Shown: piece by piece, positions 9,507-18,934 of the stretch
How positions within the stretch are numbered: the first letter of the stretch is position 1
How the letters are laid out: each line of letters begins with the position of its first letter
Source of the DNA: an uncultured Spirochaetota bacterium
GTDB taxonomy: Bacteria; Spirochaetota; Spirochaetia; SZUA-6; Fen-1364
NCBI GenBank assembly: GCA_963734545.1
Contig: CAVTHO010000005.1
Span: 384,001 to 448,000 of the forward strand
Reading direction: 5' to 3'
Length of the DNA: 64,000 bases
Made by a program: the position numbers and the translations under genes
Notes under the pieces: generated by a model
The model's input: the letters and a program-made list of their open reading frames with translations, nothing else
Told to the model about the DNA's origin: nothing
Databases searched by the model: none

Positions 9507-10918
9507 GTGCGCCTCCTCGAGTATGACGATTCGATGGCCAGCTCGCCGCGGTATTTGGCGACTGTCCTGCGGGCAAGCGAGATGCCCCGTGCGGCCAGGA
9601 TCTCGACAATCCTCTGGTCCGAAAGGCCTCCCGCGCGCGCCGCAGGCGACGCAGTCGCGCCGGGAGCGTCCGCGCCCTCCTGCCCGATGATCTCCCTGAT
9701 GATCTCTTTCACACCCTCCTTTGAAAAGCGGCCATTGATGGTGTTCGGGACCGAGTTGGAAAAGAAATGCTTCAGCCTGAAGATACCCCATTCGGTCTGC
9801 ATGTACTTCGATGAGGTGATCCGCGACACGGTTGCCTCGTGTACGCCGATCTCCCCGGCGATATCCTTCAATGTCAGGGGTTTCATGTACTTCGGCCCCT
9901 TGAGGAAGAACTCCCTCTGGTAATCCACGATGGCCCGGCAGACTTTCAGGAGCGTTTCGTTGCGCTGGCCGATCGTGCGGATGAACCACCGCGCGTCCTG
10001 CAGATTCTGGGTGACGAACTGGCGCGTCTTCATGTCTTTCCCCTTCTTGCGCGTCATCTCTTCGAAAAGGGGATTGATGCCGAGGACAGGGATCATCTCG
10101 TCGTTCAAGATGATCACGAACTCCCCTTCGTGAAGGGTGACCTGGACGTCGGGGAGGACATAGCGGGTCACGTCCCGGGAGAAGTTGCGGCCGGGCAGGG
10201 GATCGAGGGTGCGCAGGAACGCGATGACCTCCCGGAGCTTCGACTCGGAGATCCGCATTCCTTTCTCGATTTCCCGCAGCTTCTGGTTCTCCAGCTGCTC
10301 GAACCACCGCTGCACCACTTCCGCCGCGCGCGGATGCGGGGCGGGGTGAATACGGATCTGCACGAGGAGGCTTTCGCGCACGTCCTTCACGCACACGCCC
10401 ACCGGGTCGAAGCCCTGCACGAGAGCCAGGATCTTCGGAAGCAGCTCCCGGTCGCCATCTTCGGACACCAGGATCTCGGGGGGTTCCTGGTGAAAGCCGT
10501 TCTCGTCGAGATTGTGGATGAGAAGCTCGCCGATGCGCAGCCATTCCTCGGGGATGGGCTGCAGGACGAGCTGCGCCAACAGGTGCTCCTGAAGGCTCTC
10601 CGGCTGGGAAAGGGCGCCCTCGATGAACTGCCGTCGCGCATCACTCGCGGCCTCGGCATCCGCCCGCGAATAGCCCGAATCAGAGGAATGGTCGAACCAG
10701 TCTCCCTCCCCTTCACCGATCTCCCGGGCCGGCAGGGAATCAAGGGACACGGTGGACCTGTCCTCTTCCACCTGGAGGGCGGGGTTCTTCTCCAGCTCCT
10801 CTTCTATGGTGGTCTTCAGGTCCTGCAGGGGCAGCGCCATGAGCCTTACCGCCTGGTAAAGCTGCGGGGTCATTTTGAGCTTCTGGACCTGTCTCAGGAC
10901 GGGTCTCTGGGACTGCAC
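9503..10918 (-). CDS. rpoN: RNA polymerase sigma-54 factor
   Basis: Q.LKMTPQL.QA..L region I, HEATVSR HTH, ARRTVAKYR RpoN box. Confidence 0.97.
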   Translation of the reverse strand: MQSQRPVLRQVQKLKMTPQLYQAVRLMALPLQDLKTTIEEELEKNPALQVEEDRSTVSLDSLPAREIGEGEGDWFDHSSDSGYSRADAEAASDARRQFIEGALSQPESLQEHLLAQLVLQPIPEEWLRIGELLIHNLDENGFHQEPPEILVSEDGDRELLPKILALVQGFDPVGVCVKDVRESLLVQIRIHPAPHPRAAEVVQRWFEQLENQKLREIEKGMRISESKLREVIAFLRTLDPLPGRNFSRDVTRYVLPDVQVTLHEGEFVIILNDEMIPVLGINPLFEEMTRKKGKDMKTRQFVTQNLQDARWFIRTIGQRNETLLKVCRAIVDYQREFFLKGPKYMKPLTLKDIAGEIGVHEATVSRITSSKYMQTEWGIFRLKHFFSNSVPNTINGRFSKEGVKEIIREIIGQEGADAPGATASPAARAGGLSDQRIVEILAARGISLARRTVAKYRGELAIESSYSRRRT

Positions 10919-10992
10919 GGGACCTCCGGGGCTGATTGTGAGCCGGGGTCGAGGGGTTTGTCAACTTTGATCTGCGCGGCCGAAGGTCGCGC

Positions 10993-11727
10993 TTAGATCT
11001 GGAACTCGTGGCCGAGGTAGATCTTTCGCGCAAGCTCGCTTGCGAGGAGCTCCTCTCGCGAGCCGCTCACCAGGATCTCTCCCAGGTTGATGATATGGGA
11101 GCGATGGGTGATCTGGAGGGTGTCGCGCACGTTGTGGTCCGTAATGAGCACGCCAATGCCCCGGGTGGACAATCCCTGGACGATGCCCTTGAGCTCGGAG
11201 ACCGTGATGGGGTCGATTCCCGCGAATGGCTCGTCCAGGAGCAGGAACTTGGGCTCGATGGCAAGGGAGCGGGCGATTTCCGTGCGCCGTCTTTCCCCGC
11301 CGGAAAGGGTATATGCCTTCTGCTTCCTCAAATGCGAGATGCCCAGGTCATCCAGGAGCCGGTCGAGCACCTTCTGCTTCTCCTTGGCGGTGAGTCCCTT
11401 GCGCGTCTCGATGATCGCGTTGATGTTGTCCTCCACGGAAAGCTTGCGGAAAACCGACGGCTCTTGTGGAAGGTAGGAGACCCCCATGCGGGCACGCTTG
11501 TACATGGGGAGACCCGAGACGTCCTTGCCGTTCAGCCAGATCCGTCCCGATGTGGGCTTGATGAAGCCCACCACCATGTAGAACACCGTGGTCTTGCCCG
11601 CCCCGTTGGGACCGAGGAGGCCGACGACCTCGCCGCTCTCCATGGAGAACGTGACGTCACGCACCGCCTGCGTGCGGCCGTAGCTCTTTGCCAGCCCTTC
11701 CAGAAAAAGGGTCCCGTTATTGTCCAT
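10993..11727 (-). CDS. lptB: LPS export ABC transporter ATPase
   Basis: GPNGAGKTT, YLPQEPSVFRKL, LSGGERRR.EIAR, DEPFAGIDP, TDHNVRDTL. Confidence 0.95.
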   Translation of the reverse strand: MDNNGTLFLEGLAKSYGRTQAVRDVTFSMESGEVVGLLGPNGAGKTTVFYMVVGFIKPTSGRIWLNGKDVSGLPMYKRARMGVSYLPQEPSVFRKLSVEDNINAIIETRKGLTAKEKQKVLDRLLDDLGISHLRKQKAYTLSGGERRRTEIARSLAIEPKFLLLDEPFAGIDPITVSELKGIVQGLSTRGIGVLITDHNVRDTLQITHRSHIINLGEILVSGSREELLASELARKIYLGHEFQI

Positions 11728-11742
11728 CGGGAGGCCCTTTCT

Positions 11743-12564
11743 TCATGGCAGGCGGCACACCCGGCGCAGGGGGGCAGGCGGCGGCGAATCGGGCACCGGG
11801 ACAGCGGGCGCCACCGGGACAGCGGGCGCCACCGGGACAGCGGGCGCCACGGAGCCGGGGCCGGGGGCGACCGGGACAGTTGAGTCGGGCGGGGCGCCTT
11901 CCTTGGCCGGCTCGGGCGAGCCGGTTTTTATCGTGCCCTGCACGTCCCCCTCGAGACTGATGTCCTCCGTGTCGAGATTGATCGTGATCCGCGCAGCCTG
12001 GTAGACGTCGCTCCCCTTGGAAACCCAGGGCAGCCCCGAGAGCTCGAGCGTTTTCTTGTCCCGCCAGTACCTCGCGAATTCCGCCTTGCAGATGATGTCT
12101 TTTTTGAAAATACGCACCCCGATCTGGACGATGGTGATCTTCTCCAGGTCCCTGTCCTCGATGAATCCTCCCTTGACCACCATCTCGTTTTTCAGATCCG
12201 CCATGACCGCGTTCCCCTTGATGCGCGCGATCTTCTGGTTCCTGTCGTAAAAGAGCTCCTGGCTGGTGAGATCCAGTCCGCGCTTCGCGTCAACCACGCG
12301 GACGTTTCCGTGGCATTGCGCATAAACAAAATCCTTGCCGAAAAGCTCGATGCTGTCCGCCGTGATGCGCAGATCCTGCGTATCCACGCGGGCATTGCCC
12401 GTCAGGAGCGCATGCTGGTTGCCCTCCGCAAGGACCGTTGACGCGCTGTCACCCGAATAGGTGAAGGTGTCGGCGTGAAGGGGGCTGCACAGGAGGAGAA
12501 TGAGCGCGCAGACCGCCGGGATTGTTCTCCCCGCGCCGCTATTTTTTCTCTTCTTGCCAGACAT
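11743..12564 (-). CDS. lptA: LptA/OstA-like periplasmic protein with Pro/Ala/Val-rich tail
   Basis: Signal peptide, beta-jellyroll-type 'LTGNARV...ITADSIEL' repeats, position between lptC and lptB. The true stop may be 11717 if the G6 run at 11769-11774 is one base short. Confidence 0.75.
   Translation of the reverse strand: MSGKKRKNSGAGRTIPAVCALILLLCSPLHADTFTYSGDSASTVLAEGNQHALLTGNARVDTQDLRITADSIELFGKDFVYAQCHGNVRVVDAKRGLDLTSQELFYDRNQKIARIKGNAVMADLKNEMVVKGGFIEDRDLEKITIVQIGVRIFKKDIICKAEFARYWRDKKTLELSGLPWVSKGSDVYQAARITINLDTEDISLEGDVQGTIKTGSPEPAKEGAPPDSTVPVAPGPGSVAPAVPVAPAVPVAPAVPVPDSPPPAPLRRVCRLP
11791..11850 (-). repeat. 18-bp tandem repeat (about 3 copies, caccgggacagcgggcgc) encoding VAPAVP
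   Basis: Read directly from the sequence; in frame within the lptA 3' end. Confidence 0.9.
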
Positions 12565-13141
12565 ATGTGCCCTGCACGGGACCCGAGAACGTGACCTGGC
12601 GGGTTCTGAAGTCGCCGACGAAGCCGCGTCCGGAGATGGAAGTGCCGTCATCCTTTCGAATGGTCACCCGTTCGTCGGGAGGGGCGGTCAGCCGCTTCTC
12701 CTTGTTTGCCCACGCGAGGGATTCCGCGGAGACGTCTCCCTTCTCGGAGGCGGAATGCACACGCACCGCGCCCGAAATCTCGGCGTTTTCCGTGTCGGTG
12801 TGGTACACGACCCTGCGGGCGCGGCCCTCCGTTGCCTTCTCTCCCTTGTCGTCGTATTCGATGAAATGCGCGTCGGTCAGGATCGTCTTCGCGGCGGCGC
12901 TGTAGGTCTCTGCGCGTGCCGCTTCCAGCTCCATGGAAAGCCGACCGTTTCTGTGGATCTTGTGCACGAGCCCGCGCGCAACGGTGTCCGGAATTCCTTC
13001 CGCCGCTTTTTCTTCTCCGGCCGCTTCCTGGTAGTCCAGACTGCAGCCGGCAACCAGCAACGCGGCCGCGAATGCGACGGCCGTGACGGCCGTGCCTATC
13101 GGGCCCGTGCGGGTGCTGTCTTTTCTTGCGATTTCAAGCAT
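12539..13141 (-). CDS. lptC: LPS export protein LptC (lipoprotein-type N-terminus)
   Basis: LLVAGCSLDY lipobox, LptC-like beta-jellyroll, synteny pyrG-lptC-lptA-lptB. Confidence 0.8.
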   Translation of the reverse strand: MLEIARKDSTRTGPIGTAVTAVAFAAALLVAGCSLDYQEAAGEEKAAEGIPDTVARGLVHKIHRNGRLSMELEAARAETYSAAAKTILTDAHFIEYDDKGEKATEGRARRVVYHTDTENAEISGAVRVHSASEKGDVSAESLAWANKEKRLTAPPDERVTIRKDDGTSISGRGFVGDFRTRQVTFSGPVQGTYVWQEEKK

Positions 13142-14724
13142 GCGGCGATAAACCGGGAAAACAGCGGGCTGGGAGCGAGGGGTTTGGACTTGAACTCAGG
13201 GTGGAACTGCACGCCCACTCCCCAGGGATGGTCGGGCCACTCGACCGACTCGACCAGAGAGGAGTCAGGGGTGAGCCCGCTCACGAGCAGCCCCGCGTCT
13301 TCCAATGCCTTGCGGTACTGGTTTGAAACCTCGTAGCGGTGCCGGTGGCGCTCGGCGATGACCTCGGCGCAGTAGGCCGCGTGGATGCGCGTGCCCGGTT
13401 TCAGGTGCGTGTCGCTCTTCCCGAGACGCATCGTTCCGCCGTAGGCCTTGATGTCCACCTGCTCCTCCAGGAGGCTCACAACCGGGATTTTTGTCTCGGG
13501 GGCGAACTCGGTCGAGTTTGCTTCTTTCAGGTTCAACAGTGACCGGGAATACTCGATCACCATGATCTGCATGCCCAGGCAGATGCCAAGGTAGGGGATC
13601 TTGTTTTCCCGCGCATAGTGGGCCGCGCGGACCATGCCTTCGATGCCCCGCAGGCCGAAGCCGCCGGGGACCAGGATGCCGTCGCAGTCGGCAAAAGCGG
13701 ACGACAGATCGCGGTCATCCTCCAGCTCCTCGCTCTCGAACTTCACGAGCTGGACCCGGGCTCCGTTGTCGATCCCCCCGTGAAAGAGGGATTCGAAGAT
13801 CGAGATGTAAGAATCATGCAATCCCGTGTATTTTCCCACGATTGCAATGCGGGCGGTGCGCTTCGCTTCCGTGAAGTGGTCCACGACCTTTTTCCAGCCG
13901 TCCTTGGCGGGCATCTTCTCCGCAAGGCCGAGCTTTTTGATGATGATCGCGTCCACCTTCTGTTCGACGAACGTGAGGGGGATTTCGTAGATCGTCGTGC
14001 GGACGTCGTAGGCGGAGATCACCGCCTCTTTTTCCACATTTGTAAAAAGAGAGATCTTGCGTCTCAGGTCCTCGTCCAGCGGGCTGGAGGATCGACAGAG
14101 AAGGATGTCCGGCTGAATTCCGATCTCGCGCAGCTCACGCACGGAGTGCTGCGTGGGCTTGCTCTTTGGCTCGCCCCAGTAGACTTGCGGCACCAGGGTA
14201 AGGTGGATGAAGAGAACGTTCTCCTTGCCGAGGTCGTGGATGAATTGACGGGCCGCTTCGAGGAAGGGCACGCTCTCGATGTCTCCCACCGTGCCGCCGA
14301 CCTCCACCAGTGTCACGTCCACGCCCGGCTGCTCGCCCACCCGGAATACGCGCGCTTTGATCTCGTCCGTGATGTGGGGGATCACCTGCACGGTCCTTCC
14401 CAGAAAACGGCCTTCGCGCTCCTTGGTGATGACGGCCTGGTACACCTGGCCCGTCGTGATCGAATTGTCCTTCCCGATGGGCGCGGTGGTGAACCGGCTG
14501 TAGTTTCCGAGGTCGAGATCGGTCTCGGCCCCGTCATCCGTGACATACACCTCCCCATGCTGGTAAGGATTCATCGTGCCGGCGTCCACGTTGATGTAAG
14601 GGTCGATCTTGATCATCCGTATGTTGAAGCCCCTGTTTTCCAGCAGGCTGCCGATGGACGCTGAGGCGACGCCTTTTCCAAGCCCAGAGCAGACGCCGCC
14701 GGTGACGAAAATGTATTTGCTCAT
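13096..14724 (-). CDS. pyrG: CTP synthase
   Basis: KYIFVTGGV.SGLGKG, DPYINVD.GTM.P.QHGEV, GICLGMQ, RHRHRYE, QFHPEF. Confidence 0.98.
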   Translation of the reverse strand: MSKYIFVTGGVCSGLGKGVASASIGSLLENRGFNIRMIKIDPYINVDAGTMNPYQHGEVYVTDDGAETDLDLGNYSRFTTAPIGKDNSITTGQVYQAVITKEREGRFLGRTVQVIPHITDEIKARVFRVGEQPGVDVTLVEVGGTVGDIESVPFLEAARQFIHDLGKENVLFIHLTLVPQVYWGEPKSKPTQHSVRELREIGIQPDILLCRSSSPLDEDLRRKISLFTNVEKEAVISAYDVRTTIYEIPLTFVEQKVDAIIIKKLGLAEKMPAKDGWKKVVDHFTEAKRTARIAIVGKYTGLHDSYISIFESLFHGGIDNGARVQLVKFESEELEDDRDLSSAFADCDGILVPGGFGLRGIEGMVRAAHYARENKIPYLGICLGMQIMVIEYSRSLLNLKEANSTEFAPETKIPVVSLLEEQVDIKAYGGTMRLGKSDTHLKPGTRIHAAYCAEVIAERHRHRYEVSNQYRKALEDAGLLVSGLTPDSSLVESVEWPDHPWGVGVQFHPEFKSKPLAPSPLFSRFIAACLKSQEKTAPARAR

Positions 14725-14844
14725 GGGGATTGGATTATAGAAGAAAAAGAGGGTTGCCTCAACAGCGCGCCGAGGTACCTTGCGCGGTATTCCGCGCAGT
14801 TAGGCGGCGCCGCCGTACCCTCGCGCGTCAGGCCGGCCCGTGGT

Positions 14845-17069
14845 ATGATTCATGGCATGGGAAAAGTAGCACAGGAGACCGGCAAGGTCCCCGGCGTCCC
14901 GCAAGGAAGAGTGGGCCGCGGGCGGCCGCCCATGGCCTGGCGCTGGTACATCCCTTTCCTGCTCACCGTGATTGCGGGTGTCGTGATCACTCTGGTCGTG
15001 TTCGCCGCATTTCGAGGATCCGAAGCGGCAAGGTTGAAAACAGACTTCCAGAACATGGCGGCCGACCGTGCGCAGGCGATCCGCGCGGGGTTGTCCGAGG
15101 ATTTCGTGGAGCTGGACCTTCTGGCCGGCTACGTGACCGCGTCCCGGGAGCTCGCCGAGGACCTGCTCGGCTCCTTTGCTTCGGAATTCGCCAATTTCGT
15201 CCGTCGTATCCCGTCACAGGAACCTGACACGCAGGCTGTCGCGTTTGTTGCCCGGGTTCCCTCCGCCGCACGCGCGGGCTTTGAGCGTACCGGAGCACGG
15301 GAGCTCGCCGCCGGCTTCCAGATCGCCGAGCAGGGATCCGGGGAGAGATCCGGCCCGCGGGAAATCGCGCACTGTATTACCCCATCACTGTGATCGAGCC
15401 CTTCGAATACACCACGACGATGCTCGGACTCGATCTGTACTCGATTCCTGCTCTCAAACCGGCGCTGGAACACGCCCTTGCGAGCGGAAAGACCACGGCG
15501 AGCGCCGCCACGATGCTTCCGGCTTCCACGACCAATCGGCCCGTGGTGTGGTTTTTTCGGACCGTTTCCCAGCCGCCTCGGGGGACCGCGCAGGGCCGGG
15601 GCGAGCTCCTGGGCATCGTCGCTATCGCCTTCAGGATCGACCAGATGGTGGACCTTTCCTTGAAGGACCTGAGCCCCGCGGCCATCGATATCGAGCTCGT
15701 GGATCCCCAGGCTCCCCCGGGCCGGCAGTCATTGTATTACCGCAAGGCACGTGTGCCGGGCTACGAAGCCACGGCCCCGCTGAAATCCGGTCTGTCCTGG
15801 AGCACAACCCTGGAGGCGGGAGAGCGCGTCTGGCTCTTCAAGGCCTATCCGACCCCTGAGTTCATGCTCCGTCATCGCACATGGCAGCCGTGGACGCTGC
15901 TTGCGGGAGGCCTCCTGCTCACTGCCCTGATCAGTCTCTATTTTGCCGGGGGGCTGCGGCGCGCGGCCCGGGTGGAATCGCTCGTTTCCGAGCGCACCGG
16001 CGAGCTGGCCCGCGAGGTCGCCAAGCACGAACAGCTGGAGAAGGCGCTCGCAGAATCCCGTTCGACCCTTGCCAGCCAGGTGGAGCGGCTCAACCTCCAA
16101 AACCAGGAAGTCCAGCTTCTCAACGAGGTGGGTGACATGCTTCAGTCATGCGTCTCGACAGAGGAAGCCTACCCGCTCATCTCGCTCCATGCCCCGAGAC
16201 TTCTGCCCGGAAGCTCCGGGGCCTTGTACGCGCATGACCCTTCCCAGGACCTGTACAGCGCCATGGCGGAATGGGGAGACAGGCGCCCGAGTGTCACCGC
16301 GTTCAAGGCGGAAGACTGCTGGGCTCTCCGGAGGGGGAAGGTCCATGCCCTGACTGGTTCCACGCCTACCCTGTCGTGCCGCCACGCCGCCGGCGAGGAC
16401 CTGCATTCGCTGTGCATACCGATGACGGCCACCGGGAAGTCGATCGGTCTCTTTCATCTGACCGGCGGCAGGGACGACAATCACGCATTTGCCGTCTCCG
16501 TTGCCGAGCATATCGGCCTTGCGCTTTCGAATCTCATGCTGAGGAGCGACCTGCGGCAGCTTTCGATCCATGACCCTCTCACGGGATTGTTCAATCGCCG
16601 CTACATGGAAGAGACGCTGGAGATCGAGATCCGGCGCGCGGAGCGTACGGAGCACCCCATCGGCGTGATCATGCTCGATATCGATCATTTCAAGACGTTC
16701 AATGACAGGTTCGGGCACGCGGCGGGAGACGAGGTGCTCCGCGCGCTGGGCACTCTGATGCGCACGCACCTGCGCGCGGGCGACATCGCCTGCCGCTACG
16801 GGGGGGAAGAGTTCGTGCTGATTCTGACAGAGGCCTCCAAAGACGCCGCCACGCAGCGCGCCGAGGATATCCGGCAGCGCGTGAAGTCCCTCGAGGTGCG
16901 CCACCTCGACGCGCCGTTGGGCCCGCTCACCGTGTCCCTGGGAGTGGCAATTCATCCCGCGCATGGGCGCACACGCGCTGAAATCCTCGCTGCCGCGGAC
17001 GGAGCGCTCTACAAGGCAAAAGAGGGCGGCCGGGATCAGGTCGTTCTTTCGCAGATCACCCCTCGATGA
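14845..17069 (+). CDS. CHASE-TM-GAF-GGDEF diguanylate cyclase, split by one frameshift at about 15340
   Basis: ORFs 14845-15393 and 15390-17069 join by adding one G to the run 15340-15343 (…GSGGEIRPAGNRALYYPITVIEP…LGLDL, CHASE motif); DCWALRRG GAF; RAGD I-site and RYGGEEF active site. Confidence 0.85.
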
Positions 17070-17328
17070 CGGTGATGTTCTTTTTCAGGTCCCAGCGGAT
17101 ATAGCTCGAGAGCGCTTCGATCTGGGACCTGTTGACGTAGTAGATCCTGCCATCGTACTTCACCAGACCGCCGTCGTAATTGGCAAACGGGAGATGGTGG
17201 GAGACTCTTCCCATGAAGACGGCCCTGTCCCAGTACGGGCAGGTCTTCAGGTGCGGGATCTTCCGAAGATTGCTTGCCGTGATGCTCTCACCTTTGACCG
17301 TATTGCGCAGAAAGTCCTGCCACTTCAT
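17056..17328 (-). CDS. Small hypothetical protein (90 aa)
   Basis: Coding-like GC3 bias and globular composition; co-oriented downstream of the ymdB-like gene. Confidence 0.65.
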   Translation of the reverse strand: MKWQDFLRNTVKGESITASNLRKIPHLKTCPYWDRAVFMGRVSHHLPFANYDGGLVKYDGRIYYVNRSQIEALSSYIRWDLKKNITVIEG

Positions 17329-17418
17329 CGTTTCGACACGATTGTACCCGGTGCTGGCGCCGGGATCAACCCCAGATTCGCCCGGGCAGTGCGCGCCGCG
17401 GGCCCGCGCCCGCGCAGC

Positions 17419-18255
17419 TCACTCGGTCTGCGGAACGTCGTCATCCTTGGCCGCGGGGGGCGGAGCCTTGCAGGGCTCGCGTATCCTCTCGATGGATGTC
17501 GCTTTCCCGTCGTCGCCGATCTCGATGATCACTCCCTGGAGCTCAAGCATCGCCCACGCCTCCTTCGAGTATTCGTGCACCAGCGTGGTGAGTTTCCGTA
17601 TCTCGATCTCGGGATCCAGCCCGGCCACGGATTCAAGACTCCCTGTTCTGCCCGCATCCGTGATCACGGCCGTGCCGCCGGGAAGCACACGCTCGTCCGC
17701 GGTCAGCCCCTTGGTATGCGTGCCGATCACCGCGGACAGCTTTCCGTCAGCCATGGCGAACATCGTGGCTTTCTCCGCCGTCGTGACCGCGTGGAAATCC
17801 AGCAGGATCGTGTTCGTCTCCGGCGCCATGGACTCGAGGAGCTTCGGCAGGAGGCTGAAGGGATTCTTCAGATGGACCCTCTTGAATCCCGCGACACCGA
17901 GCAGGCACAGCACGCCTATTTTTCTCCCGTTTTTTTCGAAAATCATCCAGCCCCTTCCGGGATTCCGAGGCGGGTAGTTGGCGGGCCTCACCATGTAGGG
18001 CGCTTTGTTGAAGTGCTCGACGATGTCCTTCTTGTAGTAGCTGCATTCGCCGGTGGTGAGAACGTCGATTCCGAGCTTGTGCAGATACACGGCGTGATTC
18101 TTGCCGATGCCGAAACCGCCGGTGGCACCCTCTCCGTTGGCGATGACGAAATCGATCGCGTGCTCCTGGCGTATCTTTGCGAGGAGCTCCTTCGCGACCC
18201 AGACGCCGGACTTGCCGACGATCTCGCCGACAAAGAGGATTCGCACAGGTGCCAT
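17419..18255 (-). CDS. YmdB/TIGR00282-family metallophosphoesterase homolog with altered metal ligands
   Basis: ILFVGEIVG..G, DFVIANGE, RPANYP...PGRG, DFHA.TT.EK, GTHT, TD.G.TG. Confidence 0.88.
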   Translation of the reverse strand: MAPVRILFVGEIVGKSGVWVAKELLAKIRQEHAIDFVIANGEGATGGFGIGKNHAVYLHKLGIDVLTTGECSYYKKDIVEHFNKAPYMVRPANYPPRNPGRGWMIFEKNGRKIGVLCLLGVAGFKRVHLKNPFSLLPKLLESMAPETNTILLDFHAVTTAEKATMFAMADGKLSAVIGTHTKGLTADERVLPGGTAVITDAGRTGSLESVAGLDPEIEIRKLTTLVHEYSKEAWAMLELQGVIIEIGDDGKATSIERIREPCKAPPPAAKDDDVPQTE

Positions 18256-18283
18256 CAGGAGAGGATACCGGCAGAGAGCAATC

Positions 18284-18313
18284 TTGACAAGTTCGACGCC
18301 TTCTTGTTACCGT
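18284..18313 (+). promoter_or_regulatory. Sigma-70-type promoter of the tRNA gene
   Basis: TTGACA (18284-18289), 18-nt spacer, TGn-TACCGT (18308-18313), 9 nt before the tRNA. Confidence 0.55.
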
Positions 18314-18322
18314 TGTTCACTG

Positions 18323-18407
18323 GCCCGGATGGTGAAATTTGGTAGACACGCTAGATTCAGGGTCTAGTGCCGGCAACGGTGTGGAGGTTCAAGTCCTCTT
18401 CCGGGCA
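18323..18407 (+). tRNA. tRNA-Leu (anticodon CAG)
   Basis: Acceptor stem GCCCGGA/TCCGGGC plus discriminator A; D-loop TGGTAGAC; anticodon arm CTAGA-TTCAGGG-TCTAG; long variable arm; T-arm GGTTCAAGTCC; CCA not encoded. Confidence 0.96.
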
Positions 18408-18495
18408 ACGCAATGAAAAGCTTCCCCGAAAAATCCCTTCGGGTATCTCTACGCACTGAAATGGGCGCTCTCCGGACCTGTCGGATCGCTCCGCC

Positions 18496-18930
18496 CTACG
18501 GGCCCCCGAGCAGCTCGAGGGTTCGCTCGTCCCGATGTCCCTGATAGTACTTCTCCACCACACGGGAGAAGACCGAGTCCGGCCCCGCAACGCGCTCGAA
18601 AAGCGTCATTGAGGACCGCAGCTTGAGGTCATCCGGGTACGGCATGATAGCGGACGCCGTCCTGCCTTCGAGAGCGAGAAGCGCCTCCGCACACTCCCTC
18701 AGGCGCGAACCCAGGATGGGATGACTCAGATAGGCGCGGGCTTCGTCGATGCCGCTGATGCCATAGTGCTGGGAGGTGGGGGACAGCCCCAGGCCGCGGA
18801 CCTGGGGGAAGATGAACCAGATCCAGTGGGAGCGCTTGCGGCCGGCGCGTATCTCGTCCAAGGCGCTGGCGTACGCCCCGGACTGCGCACTCACAAACCG
18901 CTCAAGGTCGAAGGAATCGGCGCTCGACAC
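18496..18930 (-). CDS. DUF1810 family protein (Rv1873-like)
   Basis: FDLERFV.AQ...Y..AL.EI.AG.K.SHWIWFIFPQ..GLG.S, AYL.HP.LG.RL, DD.KL.SSMTLF; GTG 18930 with a GAGGAG RBS. Confidence 0.92.
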   Translation of the reverse strand: MSSADSFDLERFVSAQSGAYASALDEIRAGRKRSHWIWFIFPQVRGLGLSPTSQHYGISGIDEARAYLSHPILGSRLRECAEALLALEGRTASAIMPYPDDLKLRSSMTLFERVAGPDSVFSRVVEKYYQGHRDERTLELLGGP

Positions 18931-18934
18931 GTGC

